From NCBI GenBank assembly GCA_965113315.1, contig OZ220369.1: a DNA stretch of 64,000 nucleotides, one strand, 5' to 3'. A model generated the notes under the pieces. It was not told the DNA's origin, searched no databases, and worked only from the letters and a program-made list of their open reading frames with translations. The DNA is from Podarcis vaucheri. Taxonomy: Eukaryota. Positions 1-13,790 of the stretch are shown piece by piece. The number at the start of each line of letters is the position of its first letter. The first letter of the stretch is position 1. The translations under genes were made by a program, and so were the position numbers.

Positions 1-792
1 AGAAGACCCAAATCACCACTGAGAACAGAGCTTGGGTTGGGTTTTGAGCTGAGAGTTATTGCAATCTTCCAGAAGGCAGAATCAATTTTATCTTTACAGA
101 GGTACTATTGAAAACTATTTTGGAGATGCATGCCATGTATGTATGTAAGGATCATGGAACCATCCAAGGCCTACATTGATTTTGTTCCAGATCCTTAAAA
201 CACGCACACAGCCATGAAAGAAGTGTGTGACTTTCAAGGGAATTTGCTAATGATATGCATCCTAAACCTTGGGGAATCAGGATGAAGGTCAACACAGCAT
301 AACTGTCTGATTGACATTTTCAGTAGGTACCGGCAAACTGGAGGATGAATTAAATTACATATTATGCAAGTGTAGCAAAACACCTTCATTGCCAGCCTTT
401 TGATTGAATTGTAGAAGACCGTCCTTTCAGCCTTAATAAGGAGAGCCATTGTGTTCAGAGCCTCCATGAAATGTTCGTCATGGAGGAGATGTCAAAATGT
501 TCGGGTTGGTCATTCCACCAGAGGCATGAAAAACAGGGAGTGCCAATAAATTAAATTAATAAATACTGGTGGATCAGGATCTAGTCCAGCATCATCTTCT
601 CACAGAGGCCAACCTGATGGCTTTGGGAAGCCCACAAGATGGACTCATTTGACTCTGGTTCCTTATGGGTCTCTAATTTCATATCCTTTTGTTGATATTA
701 TTCATTTTATCTGGAATTTTATTTTTGTGTGTTGTGAAAGAAGGGCAGGGTGTGCAAATGATCACAATCCAGAAGGAAATGTAAATTAATAA

Positions 793-1058
793 GGGCTGTA
801 TCCAATGCAGCACTAAGTTAATACGTCCCATCAGTTGAAGGATTTTCATCTGTGCTGTGTCACTTCCTTCCTCTCTCCTCCCTGCTTTGTGCCTCTTAAA
901 CTAGTTCTAGTGGTTCCCCCCTATTGTTTCAGAGGTTTCCCAACCTGTAGTAGATTTTGGGAGGATGCAGTGCAAACACGGAGTGAGGAAAGGAAGGGTG
1001 AGCCATTGCACAAGCGTAAATTCTTGTACTGGCAGGATGCGTGAGTTGAATACCACCC
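793..1058. mobile_element. PIF/Harbinger-like MITE
   Basis: Imperfect TIRs GGGCTGTATCCAA...TTGAATACCACCC flanked by TAA on both sides (790-792, 1059-1061). A related shorter palindromic copy lies at ~42810-42930. Confidence 0.55.
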
Positions 1059-3079
1059 TAAAGCTTTTATTTTTAGAGCAAACAAAAAAGAGAGTATCCG
1101 ATGTTCAATCTCAATAACTATTTTGGTATTGCCAACACAGGACATTTTTGATGCAAAGATAGATAATTTTGTATGCATATAATATAGCAACTCATTTCAT
1201 TGTTTAAAGAAGGCGTGGCCACAATGGTGCACCCTGGGTGTTGTTGGGCTCCCATCAGTCTTAACTAGTATGGTCAATGGGAAGGAAATATGGGATATGG
1301 AGTCTGACAACTTCTGAATGCCACCAGGTTGGGTATCCCTAGTTTATAGCGTTAGTCGCCCACTGTGTCTACTCACTGAGCTGAACAGAAATGTAGATGG
1401 CCTTGAGACATAACCAGATGAGGTTTAAAATATGAAGTAAGGCAGATGCCCCATGTGTTGCCATCAATCGCATTTTATGATGGCTTTTCTCCTGTGCGAA
1501 GCAAGCAACTTAAAGGAAACAAGGCATTTCTTTATAAGCTGTTCCTTTGAACAACAACCAGAATAATCACAAGGAACATGAGGACATGGATGGCTGGGTG
1601 AGCCAACTATAAATCTAGCAGTGAAATGTGGCAAAACGATGCATTAACTGATGTCTTCATCGTTAACGTGCTTAAAATTCTGCTGCAATAGGTAGTGAAA
1701 ATCATCTGCTCTTCACCATCTGGCACTTGCTCTAGGATCTAAAAAATGCATCCTAACAGGAAGTGATATACAGTTGCTAGACAATGGCAGTGATCCCTGT
1801 TTGAGGGTGAGATATTTGGTAGCGTAACTGTTATGGCTTTGGTGGAAATTAGAGAGGGAGGAGAAATTCAATTCAGTTCTTATTTAAAGGCAAACTTATC
1901 TAAGGTGGTGTTCAACTAAGCTTTACTCAAAGAGGACCCATTGAAATGAACAAACCTGACTGAGATATAGCCACTTATTTCAGCTGGCGGGGGCATCCAA
2001 TGAAATTTGCACTTCTCTGAGTTTTGTAGTGCAGTTCTCTGGCCAAGCAATGTGTACAAAAATGGTGGATCAATGTTTCTCTGCTTGTATGTATTGCTTC
2101 CCTTCCACTGGGACTACTGATCATGTAGAGGTCACAGTTTTGTGAAAGCCTACTCTTGTGTAGGCTTCTTTGTGTGCAGGTACCCCTACTAACATGTAGA
2201 TATGCATGGGCAGGGCCAATGGCATGCCTGACAACAGGTTGACAGCATACCCCACCCCACCCCTGGGTAATTGTGTGAATAATTCACATCTTAAGGCTAC
2301 CTAAAGGACCAGTGAAGTCCATTCAGAGACAAGAAGAGAGGACAATGCAAACAAATAAAGAATCCATCCTTGCCCTCAGCGGCAAAAAGGAAGTTTTTGA
2401 TGCTGCTGAAAATGTTCCCAAGAAACAGGGCCCACTTTGAGCACCATCTCCCAAAATTTTGAGGGGGTCTCAGATAGGCCCCATGAACTATGAAATCTAG
2501 TCTTCCTTTAGTCTTCTCCGATGCACCACACAGTGCTGAGAAGGCAAGTGAGCCCATTGTTCAGCTCAGAGGCCCAGCAACTTTCTGACCTTGCCACACT
2601 ATAATCCCATATCTAAATCAATCTCATTCCACCTGCAAAAGGAACCTTTTATTTATTTTTCTTCCTCCTTCTTTATCATTATCATACCACGTGTGCCCAA
2701 CTCCAGTGTTTTATCTCCAGTGGTTTCCCAAAAGCAACTCTACATTTCTTTCTTGCTGATTAGATTTGTTGCACTTCTCTCCCAATCCTTTTTTCTTTTA
2801 ACTACTTTAGTTCTCTGCAGTGAAATAAAATCTATAAATTCCATCTTCCAGGCAGCGGGGGGAGGTAGGGAATCCATTCCCAACTGCTATCCTCCAGCGT
2901 TATTCTCACATTTTGTATTCTTGCAAAAAAAGGAAAGGAAAGAAAAAAAGAAACCACGCTCTGCTCTGACCTCCTTCCCTCTCTCTGGATGCCAGCGCGA
3001 GTTACGTGTGGCGTGCCTTTCTCTTTAAAGAAGATATATCAAACTCCCAGCTTCCCCAGTGTCCCTTCCTTGGCCACTG

Positions 3080-3109
3080 GTAACCAAGGAAACCAGATAC
3101 TATGGTAAC
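3080..3109. promoter_or_regulatory. Tandem RFX X-box-like motifs
   Basis: GTAACCAAGGAAAC (3080-3093) and GATACTATGGTAAC (3096-3109) resemble the X-box palindrome GTTGCCATGGCAAC. They sit in unique sequence near a small CpG cluster at ~2994-3014. Confidence 0.45.
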
Positions 3110-3469
3110 TAAGGGATGAAAAACAAGACATTCAATATTCCTTAATCTCCACCCTGGGTTGAAAGTCCTCATCTCTTACTTTCCCCAGGTGCTAAAACAT
3201 CAACAATAAAATTTGTAGCTTCGAGGGCCTCATCTTGATTCATGCAGGGTACTTAACTAGGTAAATGTTGGGCTTCTATTTTTCTAAATCTCCAAGGGAT
3301 CTGCTCTCTGCCTGGCCATTTGGGGCTTAAGATGTGCAGACTTTCAGAACAAAAGAGAAAGAAGGGAGTGGACCGGGAGTTGCTTATAGCTTGCAGTAGG
3401 GCACTGGAGTTGAGTTTAGAAGCTCAGGAGGGCAACATGGCCTATGAATCTCTTCGTGGGGGTGGTTTG

Positions 3470-3750
3470 ATGGGGATAGAATGGGGGAAACTGATAAACT
3501 TTTCTCCTTTAACACTAGAACTCCTGGACCTCCAATGAAGCTGAATGTTGGAAAATTCAGGACAAATGAAGCCTATGTGCTTCTTCACATAGAACATAGT
3601 TAAACTATGGAACTCATTCCCACAGGAGGCAGTGATGGCCACCAACTTGTATGACTTTCAGAGATGATTGGATAAGGTCTTGGAGGAGGAAGCTAGCCAC
3701 AATGACTATGCTCTGCTTCCACAGCTGGAGGCAGTATGCTTCTGAATACC
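3470..3750 (+). mobile_element. CR1-type LINE 3' fragment
   Basis: Contains AAGCTGAATGTTGGAAAATTCAGGACA...TTAAACTATGGAACTCATTCCCACAGGAGGCAGTGATGGCCACCAACTTG, homologous to the other CR1 copies in the window. Confidence 0.7.
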
Positions 3751-3769
3751 ACAGTACCGAACGCCTATC

Positions 3770-4362
3770 TCAAGAGTGGGGAACATGTGGCCCTTCAGAT
3801 GTGGTTAGACTGGAACTCCCATCAGTCCCAGCCAACTGTCAGGGGCTGGACTGAGGAGGAATGGGAGCCGCCGCTCCCCCCTCTCCTGAGCCTTCCCAAG
3901 GACAGGAGGACAGTATTGATTTAGAACAGTGGTTTGCAGAGGGGCATAGTCAAGCTAGGAAATACTGGGTGAGGAACATCTAGAAGATGACACAGAGAGA
4001 CAGCTGGCAGATTCAGTCTCCTTGGACAGCACTCCTGACCCCACCCCCCTCACCTAGGACTAGGCAGGCTCTGAGAGTGATAGAACAGAAAGCGCATAGG
4101 CAACAATTTCAGGTTACCTGACACAGGAGTGGCATAGAGTAAGGGAGCAACACCACTTTTTTAGGGATATGCATTCCTTTGTCTTTCACTGTGATTATTA
4201 AAGAAACTCTGGTAAGAGCACTCCTTTCGTTTGATCTTCTTAATCACTGCCACTGGGGGAGGGATCCAATTCCCCAAAGCCTGACACCAACATGGCCAAT
4301 GCTCAGGAATGATGGGAATTGTAGTCCAGCAACATTGGAGAATCAGAGGTTCACCTAGTCCT
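3770..4362. mobile_element. Short palindromic hAT MITE split by a solo LTR
   Basis: Halves 3770-3836 and 4292-4362 join into a sequence like the intact MITE at 37871-38006. Confidence 0.65.
3837..4286 (+). mobile_element. Solo LTR (450 bp)
   Basis: TGTCAGG...CCTGACA termini, perfect 5-bp TSD CCAAC (3832-3836, 4287-4291) and an ATTAAA poly(A)-type signal near 4197. Confidence 0.85.
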
Positions 4363-6221
4363 GTTCCCCACAATGGCCAACCAGAGGCCAATTGGAAGCC
4401 TATAAACAAGACATAAGGGGAAGTGAACGTCTCTCACTTCTATTCCCCAGCAATTGTTGTTCAGAAGCATGTCAGAGGTAACAATGAGCCATTCTAACTA
4501 GTAGCCGTTGATAGTGAATTGCATAGTTTAACAAAGGGTGCCAGCAATCATCTGGAGATTCTTGTATTGAAAACATATTTCTTTTCTTTTCTTTTCTTTT
4601 CTATGAGGCTGAGATTAGCCAAAGTGGATACAATTTAGCAGCAATTGAGAGGATAAGGTTTCTGATTTGGCAGTCAGCAAACATAACACTCCCCCGCCAC
4701 CGCCACCGCCCCCCCCAAATACATACACATAATCCAAGTTTAAAATGAACATTGTGAGACCTCACTGGTGAAGACTTAGCAAGAGCCCACGGAAGAAGTT
4801 AATCAAAAATAAAATGTCAATGCACACAGCATAAAACCTCCTTTGTCTGTAGCTTAAGAGATTTTGCAGAGGTGGTCCTGCTTAAAAAATAATAATAACC
4901 ACAAAGAATTTGAAGATTCTGATAAGAAAATACATTAGCGGGCACTTTGTTTTCTGAAGTGAAAAGGAAGCTTTGAGTTTGCACCACTCAGTTGGCGTCA
5001 CTCTTCCAGGGAAGGATGCAGAAGTTCAACCGTAATATTTCCAAACAATGGAAGGCAAAAAAAGGAGTACTTATTAGACTAAGGAGCTGCTCTGTCATTA
5101 CCTGAGAGAAGGAAATCACACCATCCGCTGCATTCTGTGTTTGACAGCATGCCTCCATCAGACAATGAAGAGTCCTAGGAAAGGAGCTACGTCAGTGGTT
5201 TACAAGGGGGAAATCGCCAACTTATTTTACAAGGAGAGACGGCTTGAGTCATGGATGAAATAAAAGGTATCCCAGTCGGAACTTAAAACAGGTTGTTCTT
5301 TCATGCATCCGTTTGAAAGCCGTATCATATTCTATAGGGCTATTTTGGTATATCATGTAGCCATCATGATTACTCTGTTTAGAGATAAAATGTCAGACAT
5401 TATTTGCCACCACTCCGAACATCTAAATCTGACTATTATTATTATTATTATTTCACAACATTTATATACAACTTGATTGCAATGAAACCTCAAAAACAAT
5501 AAAATTACAAGTAAAAACCAGTATTTAACACATTCAAAAGCAATTGAAATCAACAATAAGCAAAAGCCAGATTAAAACGCAACATGTCTAGATAGGCTCG
5601 CCTAACCAAAAATGTTTTTAGCGGGTGCCAGAAAGAGTATTGTGAAGGCGCTCATCTGATGTCAACAGGCGGGGAGTTCCAAAGTGTGGGTGATTGAATT
5701 CTTAGAAGAGCAGTTCCGCAGAGCTAATCGGTTGGCCATATGAGGTATCGATCCGCTGGTTCATATATGGAATTTGCCCCAGTAATGTCCATCTGGCAGT
5801 GGATATCTAGGGCTATCCTTTCTTAGCCCTGGAAATGCATGGGATTGGATCAATGACCCTCAGTATGCACATCCACTTGTTCTGAGTCCAGAAAGCATGA
5901 TCCACTTAACCTGTGCTTTCTAGGCGCAGTTTTCCCCTAGCCTCATTCCTTTCCTGGGAACAGTCTTTACTGCTAAATCAGTCAATCCAGAGTAAACCCA
6001 AGTTGCCATTTGCTCTGATTGAGTCCTAAAGTTTGTTTTTTCCCCAGGACAAGAAGAAGTGTGGAGAAGCCCAAAGCAGAGGTGCTTTAGTGGGCAGTGC
6101 AAACCCATGGGGTAATCAGTCTTACAGAAACCTGCTGGCATTCTAACCGTAGCTGAGGGTCTAATATATTTTATATCCTGAAATTCTGGGAACTGTAGTG
6201 AGACCCCTATTCCCCTCATAG

Positions 6222-6739
6222 GAAGGTGACTTGGAAACTACAGCTAATACAGAATGCAGCATCTAGACTGGTGACTGGGGGCGGCCGCCGAGACCACATA
6301 ACACCGGTCTTGAAAGACCTACATTGGCTCCCAGTACGTTTCCGAGCACAATTCAAAGCGCTGGTGTTGACCTTTAAAGCCCTAAACGGCCTCGGCCCAG
6401 TATACCTGAAGGAGCGTCTCCACCCGCATCATTCTGCCCGGACGCTGAGGTCCAGTGCCGAGGGCCTTCTGGCGGTTCCCTCATTGTGAGAAGCAAAGCT
6501 ACAGGGAACCAGGCAGAGGGCCTTTTTGGTAGTGGCGCCCACCCTGTGGAACGCCCTCCCATCAGATGTCAAAACGATAAACAACTACCTGACATTCAGA
6601 AGACATCTTAAGGCAGCCCTGTTCAGGGAAGTTTTTAATGTATGATATTTTAGTGTTTTTTGGTTTCTATGGAAGCCACCCAGAGTGGCTGGGGAAACCC
6701 AGCCAGATGGGTGGGGTACAAATAATAAATTATTATTAC

Positions 6740-6784
<45 letters not shown>
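6222..6784 (+). mobile_element. L2-clade LINE, 5'-truncated, with (TAT)n tail
   Basis: ORF 6226-6489 (KLQLIQNAASRLVTG..HITPVLKDLHWLPVRFR) is typical of the L2-type ORF2 C-terminus. (TAT)n tail at ~6730-6784. Close to the copy at 30467. Confidence 0.9.
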
Positions 6785-6785
<1 letters not shown>

Positions 6786-9700
6786 GTGCTACCATTTCCA
6801 GAGTTCCCTGTGAGGAAGAATTGAATGTTAAACTACCCTGGAAATTAAAGCTCTGTGGGGGGAATCCCCTGACGAAACATCAAGAATAATTTTCTGGTGG
6901 TAGGAGCAGTTTGACAGTGGAATGGATTCCCTCAGAAGGTGGTGAACTCTCCTTCAGTGGAGGTTTTTAAAACAAAGGTTGGATGGCCATCTGCCATTGA
7001 TTCCTTCTCTGCAATTCCTGCCTTGATGACCCTTGGGTCCCTTCCAACTCTACAATTCTATGATTCTAATATCTGGAGGGGTCACGGGTGCCTTCTTCCT
7101 GCTTTAGCCAATTCCCCATCTCTTGGCCTCAGTTGCTCAAGTCTGTGATATGGGGATAAGGACAAATCGCCTGTTAAAAGCACTGTGAAAATCAGCAAGG
7201 TGAAAGCCTAAAGAGCATTTTGTGCTCAGACAGGGCTGTATAAATGATAAACAATGCCTCTCAAGAGTTCTTCACAACAGGACAGATCTGTACTAAGCTT
7301 TCTGGTAAAACAGAGAAAGAGAGCAGACACCAGCTACTTTAATTGGCTTTCCAAAGTCCTACCTGCATATCAAACATCCGTGGACAGGCCTTAGGGAGTT
7401 GAGGCTGGATTTATTCCTTAAGTGAATTTACGGGTCACCTTTGTAATCATAGATGCCTTTATAGACTTACAAGAAGCAAAAAAAACCAAGAGACAAACAC
7501 ATATTATTTCCTCTTTATTGCCTATTGATGATGATCTTCGGGTTACAGTGAATTTACCTGCTTTATGTCTGCCCAAAAAGCTCTTTTTATTGCAAATTCT
7601 AAATAAAGCCTTTCCTTGATTCCCAGAAATCTGTGGCAAGGTAGGCTAGCAGCAAGAAACAGGCGATGTAACAACTTGCGTTCAGATAAGAGAGAAATGA
7701 GAGTTGTTCCACGGTGCTGCTGAATATTATGTCATCGGTATTGTTTAATTATAGCCCCAGAGGCATGGAAACGTTCTTTTGAACCCTGCCCTTGCCGCTT
7801 GTTTAATTAAGGGTTGTATGTGCCTCCCAGTGTATGCGAAGTGCCATACTCTTTAGTCTTCACCCTCGATAAAGACACCTCAACTAATGTGCTTTGAATG
7901 CGGTGCAGCACTTAGCTCTGTTAATTCTTGAGAAACAGAATCATTAATGGTCAGAGATGTGTGCTTCGCTTGCTAGCTAGCTTTCTCAAAATCAACATAT
8001 GCGAGGCTTCCCCCATGATGCTTTTGTGGAAGAGCCATGCTTGGCATGCGAAAGGTCCTCGCTTCAGTCTGCCCAGGTACACCTGCACAAGGACTCTACC
8101 TGAAACCCTGGAGAGAGCCCTGCTAGCCAGTGTTCATAAGAAAACGTGAAGAGCTTGCTGGACCCTAATATTACTGTTCAGATAACGCAGACAAATGGGC
8201 CCCGCCACCAAAAAAAATGAGGCTTGTCGTTATCAGAGTGGCTTGCATTAATAATCATAATCCCAGTCGTTTGTAGCTTATCAAAACAGAAGGTGTGGAT
8301 CACACAAAGGCTTGCGTGGGGAGAAAGCTCTGGGTCTTAAGGAGACACAAGCAATTGTTCTGCTCAGTATGAAAGTGAGAAGTGCCACCAAATGCTTCCG
8401 GCTTGAGTGAGACATCAGAGGAATGCAAGGAAAGCGCACACACACAAGGAGAGCTTTGAGAAGGCCATTCCTGATCTAAGAACATACAAAGAGCCCTCTA
8501 AATCAGGCCAATGGCCCATCTAGTTCAGCATCCTGTTCCCATGCTGGCTGACCAGATGCCTGCGGGAAGCCTGCAAACAGGATTCACGCACAAGAGCTTC
8601 CAGCTACTGGGTTTCAGAATCACTGCTGCCTCCAAGCATGGAGGCAGAGCATAGCCTTCAACCCTCCTTATCATAAGCAAAACAGCTCTTTTGTTGCACT
8701 CCTAAACTTTCTTTGGAAACTTAGACCAAGATCCATCCAAATCAGTCTCCTAACTGATTTTGGCAGTTGTTAGACCAGTCGCTGGCTGCTCTGTTTCTCA
8801 ATTCAGCGTCCATCCTTGATACCTTAGATACCATTTCTCCAGCAATTCATCATATCTCCTGTAAACGGCTTTATACAAGAGCAGGTAAGGGAATGATGAC
8901 TTATGACCACCACTGTCCCCAAGGGTCACTGTGTGACAGGTGGATGCATTGTGTGGCTGGCAATAAACACACTGGGTCTTCTTCTTTTTAATCTCCTCCG
9001 TAAATTTCCAAGCCAATTTGTAAAGCAAGAAGACGATGACTTATAAATAATGACAGAAAACAGTTTTCATGATTTTCATAGATTGCAGGATAAGTAAAAA
9101 CGTCTGGCAGAGAAGAATGAGTATTGGCAACTTCATTGGAGCCATACAGCAAGAGAATAAATTGAAGCCATAAAGGACTTTAGCAAAGTTCAGCCATTGA
9201 TCACTGGAAAAAGTCATTATGAAGAAAGCGGTGTGTGTTTTAAACACACACAAAAAACCCTGTCACCTTTCTTTTCCTTTATCTGAACTTTCCCCTTGCT
9301 CTCCACCCTTTTGACAAAAAGTATTTTTGCCCATCCCTATTAAACATCCTAATACTTTCAAATCAGGAGCTGTTAATAAAAGCGGACACATGCACACATC
9401 CTTCCTCCTTTCCTGCTATTTAATTCTCTGTCACTTTTCAGCTAGCAAGTTCCCAGAGTCTTCATAAATAACCCAATTTAAAATACGATAGAACGGTAAC
9501 TTAATCTATCATTAAAAGACCTCTAAAATCAACAATTGGCTAATCAAATTGTAGAAGGTCAAAAATTCCCACTACGCTCATTACAACCACATAGAATAAC
9601 CGCTTGGTGTTGTGTCTAGCCCTGACCTGGTAGCAGCCATGGAGTTCTCCGAGGACAAGTCAGATTAATTCAAAAACAGGGCAGAACGGACTTATGAATG

Positions 9701-10434
9701 AAGAGCTAGGCAAGGGCCCACAAAGTTGATGGGCTTTGCCATTAGAACGGTGTGTGTGCACCATGTCATGTGATTGATTTTGTGGGGTGGGGCTTACCTG
9801 CCCACTCCCCAATATTTTATTCAAGTTAGCACACCTGTCTCCACATCATACAGTTAAAGTGCATGGCTTTCCCCCCAAAATCCTGGGAACTGCAGTTTGT
9901 TAAGGAAATGTAGTTCCTTGAACTAATGTTCCCAGGATTCCTTGGGTGAAGCAATGGGCCTTAACTTAGCCTTAAATATATGGTGTGGATATGATCCAGC
10001 TGCTGACTGATCAAGACTTAATACATCTATCAGTTAAGAATAAAGCAGAACACACACCATCTATATCTGTCTCTAGCCAGCAGACAGTCCTAGTTATAAA
10101 GTTCAAGGTTTCTCCATTAGCAAAGTAAGCTTTGGAGATGTTTCTACAAGGTGATGCATCAATATAATTCTTCTCAGGCTGTGGCATTCAAGCTACATTG
10201 CTAGAGCTCTGAAGGTTTTTAATTGCATGCTTATTTGGGGGTTCCTCAATGAGAAGAGCAATTGTGATGGACAAGCTTACTTGAAAATGAGAAAGAAAAG
10301 GATCCACCAGTCTGAATCTTCCTCTGTGATATACAGCCACTGGAAAAGGTTTGGTGAATTAGGGTTGTGTGGCAGTTCACATGGGATGGTTATATGAGGC
10401 TCATCCAGCCTGCACAATCTGAGCAGGCACACAG

Positions 10435-10755
10435 GAACATAAGAACAGGAGAGCATAAGGAGAGCCCTGCTGGATCAGGCTAATGGCACATCTAGTCCAG
10501 CATCCTGTTCTCACAGGCTAAATGCCTGTGGGAAACCCGCAAGCAGGATTTGAGCACAAACAACTCTCCTCTCCTGTGGTTTCCAGTAACTGGTATTCAG
10601 AAGTATTGCTGCCTCCAGCTGTGGAAGGCAGAGCATAGCCATTGTGGCTCATAGCCACCAATAGCCTTATCCCCCATGAATTTGTCCAGTTGTCTTTTAA
10701 AGCCATCCAAATTGGTGACCATCTCTGCCTTCTGCAGAAGCAAGTTCTGTAGTTC
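10435..10755 (-). mobile_element. CR1-type LINE 3' end
   Basis: GAACATAAGAA tail, CTGCTGGATCAGGC..CATCTAGTCCAGCATCCTGTTCTCACA, and minus-strand translation VTNLDGFKRQLDKFM. Confidence 0.8.
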
Positions 10756-11839
10756 AGCGAGGCTCTTTGTGAAGATGTCCCCTAGCACAGATGTTTACAT
10801 GGAAAGAGTAGCAAATTTCAAGGTAAGCTGTTCTAAGGCTCTCCTAGTGGGGAGCCCACTGTCAATGACAAGTGGTTATTTACCAGACCTGTTATTCTTG
10901 ACTTAATCGGGGAAATTAATATCCAGGTGGATAAATGAGTACAGGAAGACCATTTTTGTTTGTTTCCACCTTCCATTTGCAAACCGTTCAGATTTAAATG
11001 CCACGCTTCCCTGGGCTAAACCCACACATCTAGCTAGCTTTGATCATCGGTGCTCTCTAGCAGAGAGCGGACTCCTCGTCTTCCCCGCTGACAGACAGGG
11101 GTTGCAAAAAGCACCCGTTTCTTTTCTGTGCCTGTAAGTACTGTTTTAAATGCTCATGACGCCCTTTGCCGTTTTTAAATGCTCACAACGGCCTTTGGCA
11201 GCTTCAAGTATAATCTTCTTGTCAGGCCGACTGGAGAGACAATAACCGTGATTAGGAGGTGAGACGTCAAAGGCACCCGTCTGTTATTTAAAGCGTCTCA
11301 CCAAGAGGAATCTGACGAAAGGAAAGGAGGAGCTGCTCAACCAAGCCAGTTGCAGTCTGCCAAACCACAAATGCTGTGGAGAAATAAGAAGGATCACCAC
11401 AATGATGAAAGGGCTGGAGGAACTTCCCTTACAAACGCAGGGACTGAGGTGCAGTGATCAGGGGTCATAGATTGCTTCCTTTTTCTGCAGCAGGGTCCCA
11501 GCAGTTCCCCTGTCCCTGCCATGCTGGAGCTACCCAATCAGCACAGAACGGGAGCTTTTTAGACACTGTGCTGATCAGAGGCAATCAGACCAGAAGGAGT
11601 TGAGTCAGCCATTAAGGATGAGCTCCTAGGGTAACTCTGGAGAAGGTACATGGAAAGGACACAGAAGAGTTGTTCCTCTGTATGCACCAAAGCTGAGCAC
11701 TTAGGAACATTGTAACACAAGCTTTAAGAGAATTGGGTGCAAGTTCCGTAACGTACAATGGAACTTCTCAACGAAAAGACAATGAATGTGGCACCAATAG
11801 AAGAGGAGGAGGAGGCGGAGGAGGAGGAGGAGGAGGAGT

Positions 11840-12066
11840 TTGGATTTGATATCCCGCTTTATCACTACCCTAAGGAGTCTCAAAGCAGCTAACAATCTCC
11901 TTTCCCTTCTTCTCCCACAACAAACACTCTGTGAGGTGAATGGGGCTGAGAGACTTCAAAGAAGTGTGACTAGCCCAAGGTCACCCAGCAGCTGCATGAG
12001 GAGGAGCGGGGAAGAGAACCTGGTTCACCAGATTACGAGACTACTGCTCTTAACCACTACCCTACA
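11840..12066 (-). mobile_element. tRNA-headed CORE/MIR-like SINE
   Basis: CCCAAGGTCACCCAG core and CTCTTAACCACTAC tRNA A-box (reverse strand), adjacent to a (GAG)n tract at 11801-11838. Confidence 0.7.
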
Positions 12067-13790
12067 CTGCAAGGTAGTCCAAATGATTTGCCTGTGTACA
12101 TGGACAGAAAATAATAGATCTAACTGAAAGGCAACACGTGGAGATCTGCGCTAATTGTTGCAATGCAACCCCAATTCATGGAGGAATGGCTGCTAGTGGG
12201 CCCTGCAACAAAATGGTGCAGCATGGAGGGTTGCTGTTCAAGTTTCCATCCATTCCATTCCATTTTGTTAGAGGGTTTTTTTTTCACTGGTGGCAGATGG
12301 CAGAAGCTATGACACCACAAGACCGGTGTGAAACCAAATCAAATAAAGGTTTTATTACAAAACAACAAACAGCAAAGCTTGTGGGTGTTTTTTCTGCAGG
12401 CAAAGTTCAAACTGCAGCTTTTCTCCTTTTGTAGTCATGACCAGCTGCAACCAATCTGCCCAAAGCTCCCATAAACAGTTCTTAAAGGTACAAACATCTT
12501 TACTGTTTCTATGCAGAATGATTCCCAACACATTTCTTCTCCCACTCAGTTTCATACAAACACAGCAGACAGATGGCATTGCGTGACCCACTGCATAAAA
12601 AGAGTCCTCATTAGACAGTTTGGGGGGAGTCCCCCTCCCTTTTTAGAAACCCCCCTAAAGATTTTTTTGTACTTTGTTGGGGTTCCCCCAATCCTATTAA
12701 TCCCAATTTTTTTGCTGCATAAGGAGCAGCAGGCTTCCTGAACCCTAGAAATAGAAGGAACAACTGTAAGAATGGCTGTGAGCAACCTCCCGCTTCAGAT
12801 ACCATGTACCATTGAATACCATCAGCTGGGAGAAGCAATGGAAGCTACCTTTTTTTTTTTTTTTTTTACAAAATCTCAAATTAAAAAAATGAAGTTTTTG
12901 AGCTATTTTAAAGGAAATTTGGCAAAATCTAGACTTCTGACATGGGTTTTCCCAGACAGTCCAGTGATTTCCGCCCAGGTGCTGCTCCTGACTGCCACAT
13001 TCCGGCAATGTCCGGGAAATTCCAGACGTATGGCAACCCCACAAAAGGCTGCTCTTAGGGGCTTTCAAATCTGGAGAAATGATGATGTAAGAAAAATGCA
13101 TTTGCTGCTTGGTATTTGGCCAAAGTTTCTTCCATTGCAGCACCTGCAGATAGAGCATGTTGAGCAAATGCTTAAACTAATCCCATAAAAATCAATAGGT
13201 TCATTTATTTATTTATTTTTAAACAAACCTAACTTTGGCTGGATGGTGCCCTGTGTGTTTAAACTTTCACCATTTCGCTTGACCAACTAATAAGACCCTA
13301 AAGGTTCTCTCTTGAAGGTCAGATGTAATAACCAGCCTGTCAATCATCCTAGCATTTTTAAACAAATAATATCGATTTGAGACACTGGTGTGATGCTGTA
13401 TAACGTGGCAGACATGGCTGTCGACGTTATGGGGGGGGAGTTGATATGTTTGATTAGAGAAAAACTATTGCTGAAATTTATTAATAACCATAATCAGAGA
13501 ATGCCTTTTGGACTTTTCGTGTAAAAGGGAAAAGGAATTCATCTGAGACCTTTGGGTTGGCATCCCCAACACTCCAGGACCCCCTGTCCACTGGGATCAG
13601 CCTTCTTTGTGTTCTTTTCAGTGCCTGCTGAAACATTTATTGTTTAGACAAGTCTACCCATAAAGATGCAGAATGCTGAGGTGTGCTTTAGTCGGTTTTT
13701 AGTTGATCATTAATTTTAATTCTTTTAAATTGTTGTTGTTTTAAAAAAATTAACTGCTTAAACAAACAATCTTGCTTAAACAAACAATCT

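Noticed and set aside
2297-2632. Minus-strand exon and 86-aa ORF (MGSLAFSALCG...)
   Set aside because: Splice-like ends exist but there is no recognisable protein, and it conflicts with an equally weak plus-strand reading.
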